From: Chrysomallon squamiferum
Taxonomy: Eukaryota > Animalia > Mollusca
DNA length: 64,000 nt
Direction: 5' to 3'
Assembly (NCBI GenBank): GCA_012295275.1
Contig: CM022673.1
Span: forward strand, 23,746,001-23,810,000
The position numbers were made by a program, and so were the translations under genes. This document shows positions 42,996-56,100 of the stretch, one piece after another. A model generated the notes under the pieces. That model ran no database searches and was not told the DNA's origin. It saw only the letters and a list, made by a program, of their open reading frames with translations. How positions within the stretch are numbered: position 1 is the stretch's first letter; each line of letters starts with the position of its first letter.

Positions 42996-45900
42996 GTTTG
43001 ACTTTTTAAACATTTGTGTTTTCTGTGTGTAAAAGTAAGTAAACCAGCTCAGAAAAATAACTGCTTTCTAAAATAATTGTATGTTTTGTTTATCTTATTT
43101 ATTTTAAAATTTTTTAAAACAGATCATGACATTTATAATCATGACATTTATAAAATATGTAACTGCATTGTTCACATGCTTGTAATAAGTATGAACTGAA
43201 CAACTTTTGATTAAATGTGCTGTTGACAGTAATAATAATTAAACAGTAATACTTAAGATTTCCTTTAGTTGATGTGCCCAAGTGAATGTCTCATGGTCAG
43301 AACATGCTGTTAAAAGAATTTTATGTGGTCAGTTCTTACAAAAATGGAATAGAGATAAACTTAAGACAACTAAAGGCTTTAATTATAGAATGTTTAAAGA
43401 TAAGTTTAAATTAGAACATTATCCATTAAAACTGCCAACAAAACAAATGCTAGAATATTATGTGAATTTTGATTCAGTAATATCAAGCTTCCTATTGAAA
43501 CTGGTAGACGGTTCACTATTGAAAGAGAAGACAGAATATGTCATTTATTTATTTCTAATGTTGGTGATGAATTTTTGTATAAACTTTCCTGATTTTTGCA
43601 AATTATCATTGACAGAGTCAATCTTCTCGGTTAAGTAATAATTAATATATTTTGTACCACTTTAGAAAATACTGTTTAAATTATGTTTTATTTTTATGTT
43701 CTCAACACTTCACTCTGTGCAGTCTTTAGAGAAATAAACTTATTGTTTGCTGGTTCAGCACATTATTGTTTTCTACTAGTAACTGTTGTTTTTAAATACA
43801 GGTTATCAGTCATGACACAAGACGTTTCAGGTTTGCTTTACCCTCTCCAAACCACATCCTTGGTCTTCCTGTGGGTAAGACAACATTCTTGTTATTGTTT
43901 GTATGAGATAATTTTACTTCTTCATCAATCATTTTCAGGTTTTTTTAGAAGATATTTATTCAAGTTATTGTAAATTTGAACATTCAATTTAAACTGTTTA
44001 TTTGTCATTTTAATAATAAGTAATGTAGATTTTATCAGATTCTTTGCTGAATTTCTTTTCTGCATGCATTAACGACTAATAATTTGATAACAAAATAAAT
44101 GACTTTTTAATTAAAATTACTGCATTTTGCATAAGTAGGTTATTCTACTTTATATCTGAACAAAATGCAAACTGAAAATAGTACTATATAACACAAAACT
44201 GTAATGTGTATTTGTTGTGTATTATATAAGTATTCTCTATAATAAGTGCTGGAAGTTTATTATTTTATTTCTTTAGGTCAGCACATTTACTTGACTGCCA
44301 GAATTGATGGTCAGTTAGTGATCCGGCCATACACTCCAGTTTCCAGTGATGATGATAAGGGTTTCATGGACTTGGTTGTCAAGGTGATATCGTTTATTGT
44401 TGATTGTCAATTAAATATTTATTAGTGGTTGTAATCTGATACTATTCTAATAAATAACTTAACTTTATAATTTTATACCTTCTTTTATTTATAATTATGT
44501 TATTATTATTATTTTTTTTTTTTTTTTTTTAAAGGTGTGTTTTCACAATATTTAAACGAAATGTGTTTTCAGGTGTATTTTAAGAACGTTCACCCCAAAT
44601 TTCCAGATGGAGGTAAAATGTCACAGTATCTGGAGAGTATGGAAATTGATGACTACATTGATGTACGTGGACCTAATGGACTTCTTCAGTATGAAGGGAA
44701 AGGTCTGTTTAACTTATTCATTTGTCATGCTAACTAATAACTATATTGTGAGAAAACAGGCCTCAGCTATATTAGTACTACTAATGTTATTATTGTGAAA
44801 TTACCTCAGGAAGATGTATTAAGTAAAAGACTGTTTTATTATTATTACTAACTTATATTTTCTGACAGGTGTGTTCAAAATCCGGCCTGACAAGAAAGAA
44901 GAACCAGTGACAAAGGTGTACAAGAAACTTGGAATGATTGCAGGTGGGACAGGTAAGACAATTTATCATTATTACAACACATTATGTCAACACATTTCAA
45001 AAGTTTTTATATTGATAACATGTCTAGAATGGAGAAAAAAGTTTTTATTTTATTAATCTTTATTTTTGACTAATATATTAACATGAGTAATTCAGCAATC
45101 AAGTAATCCTACTTTAAATGTTACAGCTAGTGAAATATGTTACTTGTTTTTGCTACGGTAATCACTCCCGTGTTACAGTTAGTGAGATACATTACTTCTT
45201 TTTGTTGCAGAATCACTCCCATGTTGCAGCTAATGAGATAGGTCACATGTTTTTGTTACAGGAATAACTCTCATGTTACAGCTAGTGAGATACGTTACTT
45301 GTTTCTGTTACAGGAATCACTCCAATGTTGCAGCTAGTGAGACAGGTGTTTAAAAACCCTGAAGACCAAACAGAACTGTATCTGCTGTTTGCTAACCAGG
45401 TAACTGTGAACAGAAACTTATTACTTTTTATTGTCTTATTTTACCCAAAATTTCAAAATAATAATAAACATAAAAATGTATTTGTTTACTATATATAATA
45501 ATTAAACAATCAAATTACTAATTTTTATTTACTTTTTCTTTCCTTTGTTTCTTAAATAATATATTTAAATGATTAATGATTATGTGTGGGGGTGAGTGAG
45601 AATGTCTATGTATATATGTATTAAAAAAAAATATATCTATACAATTTTTAAGTAAAAGTGTTTGTGTTGTACAGACTGAGGAGGACATACTTCTGAGACC
45701 CGAGCTGGATGAGATTAAAGAGAGTCAGCCCAAACGTTTTCATCTGTGGTACACTCTCGACAAACCTAAAGAAGGTAACAACTTAACAGCACAGTCACTT
45801 ACTGCTAGCAAGTGTGTAACCTTCTGTTAACAAATAATTAACAATAATGTTACCCATGCTTAAAAACATTATTAATAACTATAGTGTCCCACTGAAAACT

Positions 45901-46458
45901 AATTAAAAATCTTTTACTTACTATTCCCAAATGTTAAGAAATAATTAACAAGTTTGTTATCTACTATTAACAATTCTAGTACATACTGTTAAAAAAGTTT
46001 TTAATAACTATTGGTTTGTATTAATAGATGTTTTTGGTTTTCTGGGAGGGTTTTGACAGCTTTCTGTTCTCAGTTAACAACAAAGATATTTTATACTGAG
46101 GTGATAGAAATTAAAACATCAAACACAACCTTTCTGCACTAATTGTAAGCATTGATGGGGACTCACTGATGATGTTATTATTTACTTGCATGTTTTATTT
46201 TAATATTACACAAACTTCTACACTTAATAAAATATCTGATCTGTCAGAAACATTTATGAAATGTTCAAAATGCTTTTTCTTTCAGGGTGGGAGTACAGCA
46301 AGGGGTTTGTCAATGATCAGATGATCAAGGAACACTTACCCCCACCAGGAGATGACACCCTCATTCTCATGTGTGGCCCTCCACCCATGATAAATTTTGC
46401 CTGTGTGCCTAATCTCGACAAACTGGGTTACAGTCCAAGTCACAGATTTTCTTATTGA
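42849..46458 (+). CDS. CYB5R3: NADH-cytochrome b5 reductase, copy 1 (exons 2-9; exon 1 not located)
   Basis: Exons 42849-42995, 43802-43874, 44277-44383, 44573-44702, 44869-44952, 45314-45399, 45675-45774 and 46286-46458; motifs [29 protein letters not shown]; exon 3-9 sizes 73/107/130/84/86/100/173 match my recollection of vertebrate CYB5R3; the symbol denotes the CYB5R1/2/3 family. Confidence 0.95.
43270..43570 (+). mobile_element. LINE (L2/CR1-group-like) ORF2 3' remnant in intron 2
   Basis: Frameshifted [14 protein letters not shown]...[11 protein letters not shown]...EREDRIC...VGDEF motif typical of LINE ORF2 C-termini. Confidence 0.65.
43802..43874 (+). CDS. CYB5R3: b5 reductase copy 1 exon 3
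   Basis: [24 protein letters not shown]. Confidence 0.95.
44277..44383 (+). CDS. CYB5R3: b5 reductase copy 1 exon 4
   Basis: [35 protein letters not shown]. Confidence 0.95.
44573..44702 (+). CDS. CYB5R3: b5 reductase copy 1 exon 5
   Basis: [23 protein letters not shown]...[12 protein letters not shown]. Confidence 0.95.
44869..44952 (+). CDS. CYB5R3: b5 reductase copy 1 exon 6
   Basis: [27 protein letters not shown]. Confidence 0.95.
45118..45345 (+). repeat. ~52-bp tandem array made of the exon 7 acceptor plus exon start
   Basis: About 4.5 units of gttacttgtttctgttacaggaatcactccaatgttgcagctagtgaga; the last unit holds the real acceptor; same array at ~55534-55760. Confidence 0.9.
45314..45399 (+). 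CDS. CYB5R3: b5 reductase copy 1 exon 7
   Basis: [28 protein letters not shown]. Confidence 0.95.
45675..45774 (+). CDS. CYB5R3: b5 reductase copy 1 exon 8
   Basis: [33 protein letters not shown]. Confidence 0.95.
46286..46458 (+). CDS. CYB5R3: b5 reductase copy 1 exon 9
   Basis: [20 protein letters not shown]...[28 protein letters not shown]. Confidence 0.95.
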
Positions 46459-46570
46459 GTTGCTTCATGATATTTGCCTGGCTGATTGTCTGTCTGTCTT
46501 GGAGGAATTAACAGCTGCTTGAAATTCTCTAAACAGACTGAATAATGTATTGACACCATAGTATATTCAC

Positions 46571-46610
<40 letters not shown>

Positions 46611-47146
46611 TACTATTAATAATTATATCTGATATTCTCCAAGGTTGTCAGGTTAATCAGACATTTTTCACTATTATTTAACAAACTCCAACTTTGTTTG
46701 GTTGAGGTAGCTTTTTGTTGTATTAAACTATATTTTAAAATACTGTTCTTTCATATCTAGACTATTTTAGTACAATTTTGCTTTCAAAGATGTCCTTTGA
46801 GGAACATTGTTATTGGCTTTGGATTTTACATTTTTGTATGTATTCATATATTTTTTATCAGATTAAAAGAGAGATTTCTCAAGGAATTATTTTTGTTTTT
46901 ATTACCAGAGTTTGTCCAGCTTGAATTGTTGCTGACATAAAAAATAGAGAAATAAAGAGAAGACATCCATTCAGTGTTTTTTTATTTATCTGTTTCTGAG
47001 TTTCACAGGTATTAATTGTATTTGTTTAATATTTATGCAGAGAAGCTGTCACTGGACTACAGACATATCTGTACTGGTATTAAAGTTTGTAAAAATATTC
47101 ACATAATATTTTTAAGCTTTTTCTTTTGTAGAAGTTTATCTTAAGA

Positions 47147-47152
47147 AATAAA
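47147..47152 (+). terminator. Likely polyadenylation signal of copy 1
   Basis: AATAAA followed by a GT-rich tract tgttttggttttgtttc; retained in copy 2 near 57449. Confidence 0.5.
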
Positions 47153-47622
47153 AGCTTTTTGATAAATGTTTTGGTTTTGTTTCTTTATATAAAATTATAT
47201 TTTAAAACTTCAAAACATTCCTTTGTCATTTAATTTTGACTGAAATAATAACAAAAAGAATAATAATAATACAAAATCTCAATTATTGAAAAAATATTTA
47301 AACATTCCAAACATACAGATAAATGATCACACAGCTTGGAGATGTGCTGCAGATATTGGTTTAGTTTTATTTTATTTTATTTTTTTTTAATATGTAAATA
47401 ATTTAGCATCTGTTGGACAAGAGATGTCAGAAAACAGTTTTTATTGAAAATTACATTATATTATTTAACAGACTTTTATTTTTACATTCATTGCAATTTA
47501 CAAGTCATTATTGCTTTAATAAATAAAATTGGTCATAATTAATCATTACTCCAAAAGAGTCATTTAAATTTTGTACGTTAATATTTATTTATTATTATCT
47601 TTTTTTATATATGTATGGAAAA

Positions 47623-47715
<93 letters not shown>

Positions 47716-48354
47716 AACATCATCAGTTATAAAGTTATTAGTTAATCTAATGTTAAATACTATTTTTTTTCCACATTCCTACATTTCTGTATAAACTGGT
47801 TTTTCTTTTGAAGTTACAGAACATCTGGCACTTCACAGAGGATGACAGCTCATAAGAATTTAACAGGGAAAATAAAATAGCAAGTTTAATTCATTGAACT
47901 GACTGTTGTCTAACTTTTAAAGTAAACTTCAGTAAACATTCTTCTTTTTTTTTAAAGTTTTACTTAAAAAAAATTTTTTTTTTGTATTTCCACACTTTTT
48001 TTTTTTTTCTTGAAGTTAATACAAAATCACGATTTATTAACAACTATTAGTTGTAAAGTGCACTGATGAATTTTGCTATATACTTTAATGTACACTTTTT
48101 GACCACCTCTTTTACATTTTCTCTTACTTTTTAAAACTTCCCAACATGTAGAAACATGTTTCTGATAATATCATACCTGTACTCTGATTACACCTAGTGA
48201 CGCACATACCTCTTGTTGCCTCTCTGTAAACAGATAAAAAGAACAAACTGTTATCTGTGAGGTGAACCGTTATAACAGTTCAAAGTTCAAATCATAACTG
48301 CTGTAATTTCATTTTAATTGTGGATCTCACACGATGGATTATTCTCTCTTAGAG

Positions 48355-49182
48355 AGTATTCCAGGTGCTGTTGGCATCACGGTTGTTGCTTTGACAGCAG
48401 TGCTGGCAAGGAAATTTCTGTTTGGAGACACGAAGAAGAAGAATCCAATAACTCTGCAAGACCCGAACATCAAATACCCACTGAAACTGATAGACAAAGA
48501 GGTTTGACTTTTTAAACATTTGTGTTTTCTGTGTGTAACAGTAAGTAAACCTGCTCAGAAAAATAACTGCTTTCTAAAATAATTGTATGTTTTATCTTAT
48601 TTATTTTTCAAATTTTTAGAACAGATCATGACATTTATAAAATATGTAATTGCATTGTTTACATGCTTGTAATAAATATGAACTGAACAACTTTTGATTA
48701 AATGTGTTGTTGAATTCTGACAATAATAATAATTAAACAGTAATACTTAAGATTTCCTTTAGTTGATGTGCCCAAGTGAATGTCTCATGGTTAGAACATG
48801 ATGTTAAAACAATTTTATGTGGTCAGTTCTTACAAAAATGGAATAGAGATAAACTTGAGACATCTAATGGCTTTAATTATAGAATGTTTAAAGATAAGAA
48901 TAAATTAGAACATTATTCTTAAAACTGCCAACAACAAAAAAATGATAGAAGAATATGTGAACTTAAAACAAGTAATGTCAAGCTTCCTCTAAAAACTGGT
49001 AGATGGTTCAGGATTGAAAGAGAAGACAGAATATGTCATTTATTTATTTCTGATGTTGGTGATGAGTTCCACCATATTTTTAACCGTGCATATTTATCTT
49101 TTGAGAGAAGTAAATATATACTATATTATTATATATTTAGACCAAATGCAATAAAATTTCAATGTTTCACACACAAACCATA

Positions 49183-49213
<31 letters not shown>

Positions 49214-50144
49214 TTTTGTATAAACTTTCCTGATTTTTGCAAATTATCATTGACAGAGTCAGTCTTCTGGGTTAAATAATAATTAATATGTTTTGTACCT
49301 CTTTAGAAAATACTGTTTAAATTATGTTTTATTTTATATGTTCTCAACACTGCACACTGTGTAGTCTTTAGAGAAATAAACTTATTGTTTGCTGGTTCAG
49401 CACATTATTGTTTTCTACTAGTATCTGTTGTTTTTAAATACAGGTTATCAGTCATGACACAAGACGTTTCAGGTTTGCATTACCCTCTCCAAACCATATC
49501 CTTGGTCTTCCTGTGGGTAAGACAACATTCTTGTTATTGTTTGTATCAGATAATTTTACTTCTTCATCAATCATTTTCAGTTTTTTTAGAAGATATTTAT
49601 TCAAGTTATTGTAAATTTGAACATTCAATTTAAACGGTTTATATGTCATTTTAATAATAAGTAATGTAGATTTTATCAGATTCTTTGCTGAATTTCTTTT
49701 CTGCATGCATTAACGACTAATAATTTGATAACAAAATAAATGACTATTTAATTAAAATTATTGTATTTTACATCAGTAGGTTATTCTACTTTATATCTGA
49801 ACAAAATGCAAACTGAAAAATAGTGCTATATAACACAAAACTGTAATGTATATTTGTTGTGTATTATATAAGTATTTTCTATAATAAGTGCTGGAAGTTT
49901 ATTATTTTATTTCTTTAGGTCAGCACATTTACTTGACTGCCAGAATTGATGGTCAGTTAGTGATCCGGCCATACACTCCAGTGTCCAGTGATGATGATAA
50001 GGGTTTCATGGACTTGGTTGTCAAGGTGATATCGTTTATTGTTGATTGTCAATTAAATATTTATTAGTGGTTGTAATCTGATACTATTCTAATAAATAAC
50101 TTAACTTTATAATTTTATACCTTCTTTTATTTATAATTATGTTG

Positions 50145-50177
<33 letters not shown>

Positions 50178-53100
50178 TGTATTTTCACAATATTTTAACG
50201 AAATGTGTTTTCAGGTGTATTTTAAGAATGTTCACCCCAAATTTCCAGATGGAGGTAAAATGTCACAGTATCTGGAGAGTATGAAAATTGATGACTACAT
50301 TGATGTACGTGGACCAAATGGACTTCTTCAGTATGAAGGGAAAGGTCTGTTTAACTTATTCATTTGTCATGCTAACTAATAACTATATTGTGAGAAAACA
50401 GGCCGCAGCTATATTAGTACTACTAATGTTAGTATTGTGAAATTATCTCAGGAAGATGTTGCTGTATCTAAATGGTGTTATAGTTAACATTGTTACAGTT
50501 TACGATGTTTAGGGGAACCGGAATAAGGGAGATAGTATTATATGACGTCACCGGGAGCGTGCGTCAGTTTTTGTTCGTAACCATTTTTGAAACGAAATAA
50601 ATTGTTTGGAAATTGAAATGAACTTTATGTTTTAATGTTAAAACGTAACAATTGGCGACGAGGATGGGATAACACGTGTTGAACTGTTTTTTGAAATGAT
50701 CTATTTATGAAATATGGCTACCTACGGTATAGTTGAAGAGTTTGATCTAGAAAGTTCCGATTGGGATGAATACATCGAACGTTTGGAACAGTATTTGTTG
50801 GCGAATGATGTTGACGATGCCGAAAAGAAAAGTTCCATTTTGTTGTCCGTATGTGGTGCCAAGACTTACAGGTTGATTTGAAATCTGACTTCGCCTGAGA
50901 AACCGGCAAGTAAGACTTAAGAACAATTGAAAACTTTGATAGGGAATCATCTCAAACCAAAACCTTTGGTGATTGCGGAACGGTTCAAATTCTATGAACG
51001 GAAACAAGAGCCGGGGAGACTGTAAGTGAATTTTTGGCTGAATTAAGAGAATTGACAGAACATTGTGAATTTGGTGCATTTTTGACAGAAGCATTAAGAG
51101 ACATTTTGGTCAGTGGTCTGTCTGAAAAGTCTATACAGAAAAAACTTCTCTCTGAACATGACTTGTCACTGAGGAAAGCCTTGCAAATAGCTGTTAGTAT
51201 GGAAATGGCGAAATCAAAAGAAAAAAATAGAAAGACAGGAAAGCAAACAGATGGAAAAAGGAAAAAATAAATTTCCAAAGTTAAAAAAGAAAAATTCTAA
51301 ACTGAATGTTGTTAATCAAGATTCTGATAGGGACCTGGCGGAATCAGAAGGTGGTACCAGTGATTCGGAAATTGAAAATGCTGAATCTGAAACAGGTTTA
51401 AAAATTCATGAGGTTCATGAAGAATCTGGAAGTAATGAAACTGAATCAGAAATTATAAAAGCTGTTCTTGAAAATAAAGAGGTTGCAATGGAAAGAAATG
51501 ACAGTGATTCTGAACAGTCAATTTTCACAGTGAAATCTTCGAAAGCGAAAGAAATTCAAATTTCATTGGAACTCAATGGTGTGCCATTCAAAATGGAAGT
51601 AGATACAGGTGCTTCTGTATCAATAGTTTCTAATAAGAGTTATCAGGAAAAACTGAAGAAAACAGTGCCATTGAAATCAACATCGATTGTGTTGAAAACT
51701 TATACAGATGAAGTGGTGCCAGTCCTTGGGCAAATTGAGGTGACTGTTAAATATGGAAAGCAGAAAAAACTTTTACCTTTAATTGTGGTGAAAGGAAATG
51801 GACTAACTTTGTTTGGACAGAATTGGTTCCAAAACATTCAGTTGGACTGGAACAGTATTAAGATTATGAAAGCCTGTGGAAACCCTGAAGATATGTTCAG
51901 TAGATATTCAAATTTTTCAAATGAGTTGGGAACAGTAAAAGGCGTAAGAGCTCATCTGAAAGTGAAAGAGATGCTACTCCAAAGTTTTTCAAGACTAGAC
52001 CAGTACCTTATGCTTTGAAGGAAAAGATTGCTGATGAACTTCACAGACTTGAAGCAGAAGGAATTGTAGAAAAGGTGGATTTTTCTGAATGGGCTTCTCT
52101 TATTGTACCTGTTTTAAAACCTGACAATACCATTCGCATTTGTGGCGATTTCAAGGTTACCATAAATCCTGTGTTGGAAGTGCCTGAGTACCCTTTGTCC
52201 ACTGCAGAAGACATTTTCAGCAAACTCAATGGAGGACAAAAGTTCTCAAAACTGGATTTGTCACATGCATACCAGCAAGTGTTGCTTGATGAAGAGTCGA
52301 GGAACTATGTCACAAACAATACTCACCCTGGACTTTATCGCTATACAAGGTTGCCATTTGGAGTTGCTGCAGTTTTTTTTCAACAAACTATGGACAAAGT
52401 GGTTCAAGGGCTAAAAGGTGTAGGTTACATTTTGGATGACATCATAGTCACTGGAAAGGATGACACCGAACACTTGAAACATTTGAAAAACACTTTGAAA
52501 TGCCTAGAAAAATATGGAATTCAACTGAAAAGGTCCAAATGTGCACTGATGAAAGATGAAGTTGAGTACTTTGCATTTATTGTGAACAAAAATGGGATTC
52601 AACCTTCTGAAAGAAAAGTTGAAGCTATTCTGAAAGTGTCTGAACCTAAGAACAAGAGTGAGTTGCAATCTTGGTTAGGTATTGAGAATTACTATTGCAG
52701 GTTTGTATCCAACATGTCAACAGTGGTGGTACCGCTAACAGCATTGTTAACCAAAGATACAGAGTGGAAATGGAGTGATGATTGTTACAAAGCATTTTCC
52801 AAAGTGGGAAAACTGTTAGCATCATCTGAAATTCTTGTCCACTATGACCCAATGAAACCAGTAATGTTGGCAGTAGATGCATCTGCACATGGTCTTGGAG
52901 CGGTAATATGACTTGGAAATGAAGGATCAGATAGGCCAGTAGCATACACTTCTAGAACTCTGACATCAGCAGAACGCAAGTATTCCCAAATTGAGAAAGA
53001 AGCACTGGCAATCATTTTTGGAATACACAAGTTCCATCAGTGCCTGTATGGTAGAAGATTTACTTTGTTCACAGATCATAAACCACTGACAATGATTCTT

Positions 53101-56100
53101 GGACCTAAAAAGAATATTCCTGTTCTGACAGCCTCACTACAGCATTGGGCTATTCAGTTAGCCACATATCAGTTTGACATTAAGTACAGAAAAACTACCA
53201 AAAATGGAAATGCTGATGCACTGTCCCGACTACCACTTCTGCAAACTGAAGAAATATCTGAAAGTGTGTTTTGGCATGAAGACAAGCAAGCAATGAGAAA
53301 TCAAATCAATGGATTACCTATCACTGCAAGAAATATTGCTAAAGCAACTGAAGTTGACGAAGTATTATCTCGGGTTGTACATTATAACATGTATGGATGG
53401 CCAAAAGAGTCTTCTATTTCACCTGAGCTGTTACCTTATTTCAGAGTGAAAGATGAATTAACCGTGGAGGAACATTGTCTTCTCAGAGGAATGCGAGTGA
53501 TTATTCCCGATAAATATCGAACAGATATTCTGCATTATCTTCATGAAAATCATGCTGGAATTGTGCGAATGAAATCTTTGGCTAGAACGCATGTGTGGTG
53601 GCCTCATTTTGATATTGACATAGAAAAGAAAGTTAGCAAGTGCAAGTGTTGCCAACTACAACAAACAGTCATGCCAAAAAGTACAGCTAATGCATCGATT
53701 TGGCCCACCAAACCATGGCAAAGACAACATGTTGATTTTGCTGAACCATTCATGAAAGAAATGTTCATGATTGTGGTGTTTGCACATTCTAAATGGATGG
53801 AAGTTTTTCGAATGTCCAGTACCAGAGCAACGCATGCAGTAGAGACATTGAGAAATCTCTTTGCAAGTTATGGAATGCCAGAGCAGTTGATTTCTGATAA
53901 TGGACCTCAGTTTGTTGCAGAGGAACTTGAAACATTTCTTAAGAAAAATGGAGTGAAACACATCAGATCAGCTCCATACCATCCAAGTTCAAATGGTGAA
54001 GCAGAAAGAGCTGTTTGTACTTTCAAAACTGCAATGAAAACAGTTGAACATGAGTCACGAACCATGAACCAGAAGATTTCATCATTCTTGTTTGCATATC
54101 AGAAAACTCCACACTGTACTACAAAATGTACTCCATCAGAATTGTTTCTTGGCAGAAGTGTTCGAACGAGATTGGATATCTTGTGTCCAAGTTTGGAGAA
54201 CTCTGTTAAAAAGAGAACTATTCCAAAAGCAAGTAAAACACGGGTGTTCAATGTTGGAGATTCAGTACAAGTGAAGAACTACAGAGGATCTGACAAGTGG
54301 TTGAGTGGAAAAGTACTGGGTCAACTAGGACCTGTTACCTACAGAGTGAAAGTTGGAGATTTTGTGTGTAAAAGACATGTGGATCAACTTCGTAAATGTG
54401 TGCATTTGGAGGATAATAGGAACCCTTCCGCTGAACTGTCTGCAATTGGTACTGAATCTGAAATGGAATTTGTTGAACCAACCGTTCAGGTGGAAGAGAC
54501 TGAGATGAAAAACAGAACAGTTACTTCTAATGCCATAGAGGATGCTTCTAATGCCATCGACGATACTGTTGACGATGTATGCAACTACCAATACCGTCAA
54601 CCCCAAGATGTCCTAGATGTGCTTGAAAAACAACTCAAAGACTGATAGAAACTATTTAAAGTGATTTAATCTGAATCTGTGTAATACGGAATTCACTGAA
54701 AGATTGTTGAATTAGTGTTATTTTTTTATTATATTTTTTTTAAATAATATTTGTTATTTGAAGTTCCATATGTGACCAATGGACATACTTGATAAACTGT
54801 AATTGACCTATTATGGTGTCCAATGAAAAAAAAAAAAAAAAAGTTTGTTTGTTAAGTTCAAAGTTCAATTGTTTAATTATTACTAATTAGTAAATCACAC
54901 AAATTTATTTTAGAATTTTACATGTAACACTATTTGTGGGTAACTTGAAAATTTGGAGGGGAGGAAGTGTTGTATCTAAATGGTGTTATAGTTAACATTG
55001 TTACAGTTTACGATGTTTAAGGGAACAGGAATAAGGGAGATATTATTATATGATGTCACTGGGAGCATGTGTCAGTTTTTGTTCGTAACCATTTTTGAAA
55101 CCATGTTTTTGGAAACTGAAATGAACTTTATGTTTTAATGTTAAAACATAACAGATGTATTAAGTAAAATTATTATGAAATTACCTCAGGAAGATGTATT
55201 AAGTAAAATTATTATGAAATTACCTCAGGAAGATGTATTAAGTAAAATACTTTTTTATTATTATTACTAACTTATATTTTCTGACAGGTGTGTTCAAAAT
55301 CCGGCCTGTCAAGAGAGAAGAACCAGTGACAAAGGTGTACAAGAAACTTGGAATGATTGCAGGTGGGACAGGTAAGACAATTTATCATTATTACAACACA
55401 TTATGTCAACACATTTCAAAAGTTTTTATATTGATAACATATCTAGAATGGAGAAAAATGTTTTTATTTTATTAATCTTTATTTTTTACTAATGTATTAA
55501 CATAAGTAATTCAGCAATCAAATAATTCTTTAAATGTTACAGCTAGTGAGATATGTTACTTGTTTTTGGTACAGTAATCACTCCTGTGTTACAGTTAGTG
55601 AGATAGGTTACTTGTTTTTGTTGCAGAATCACTCCCATGTTGCAGCTAATGAGATAGGTCACATGTTTTTGTTACAGGAATAACTCCCATGTTACAGCTA
55701 GTGAGATACGTTACTTGTTTCTGTTACAGGAATCACTCCAATGTTGCAGCTAGTGAGACAAGTGTTTAAAAACCCTGAAGACCAAACAGAACTGTATCTG
55801 CTGTTTGCTAACCAGGTAATTATGAACAGAAACTTATTACTTTTTATTGTCTTATTTTACACAAAATTTAAAAATAATAATAAACATATAATAATTAAAC
55901 AATCAAATTATTAATTTTTATTTGCTTTTTCTTTTCTTTGTTTCATAAATAATATATTTAAATGATTAATGATTATGTGTGGGGGTGAGTGAGAATGTCT
56001 ATGTATATATGTATTAAAAAAAAATGTAAAAGTGTTTGTGTTGTGCAGACTGAGGAGGACATACTTCTGAGACCCGAGCTGGATGAGATTAAAGAGAGTC

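Larger units (their letters stand above)
50460..55153 (+). mobile_element. Ty3/Gypsy LTR retrotransposon (Mag-like), both ends intact, decayed
   Basis: LTRs 50460-50650 and 54968-55153 (TG...CA), TSD GATGT at 50455-50459 and 55154-55158, PBS 50653-50670, PPT ggaggggaggaag 54955-54967, gag-PR-RT-RH-IN domain order. Confidence 0.95.

Noticed and set aside
42812-43009. His/Cys-rich ORF MWISHDG...CHWHHGCC (and its twin 48318..48515)
   Set aside because: Off-frame reading of b5 reductase exon 2; shared only because of the duplication
50879-52911. Programmed readthrough or frameshifting in gag-pol
   Set aside because: Multiple scattered stops and frameshifts fit neutral decay of a dead copy
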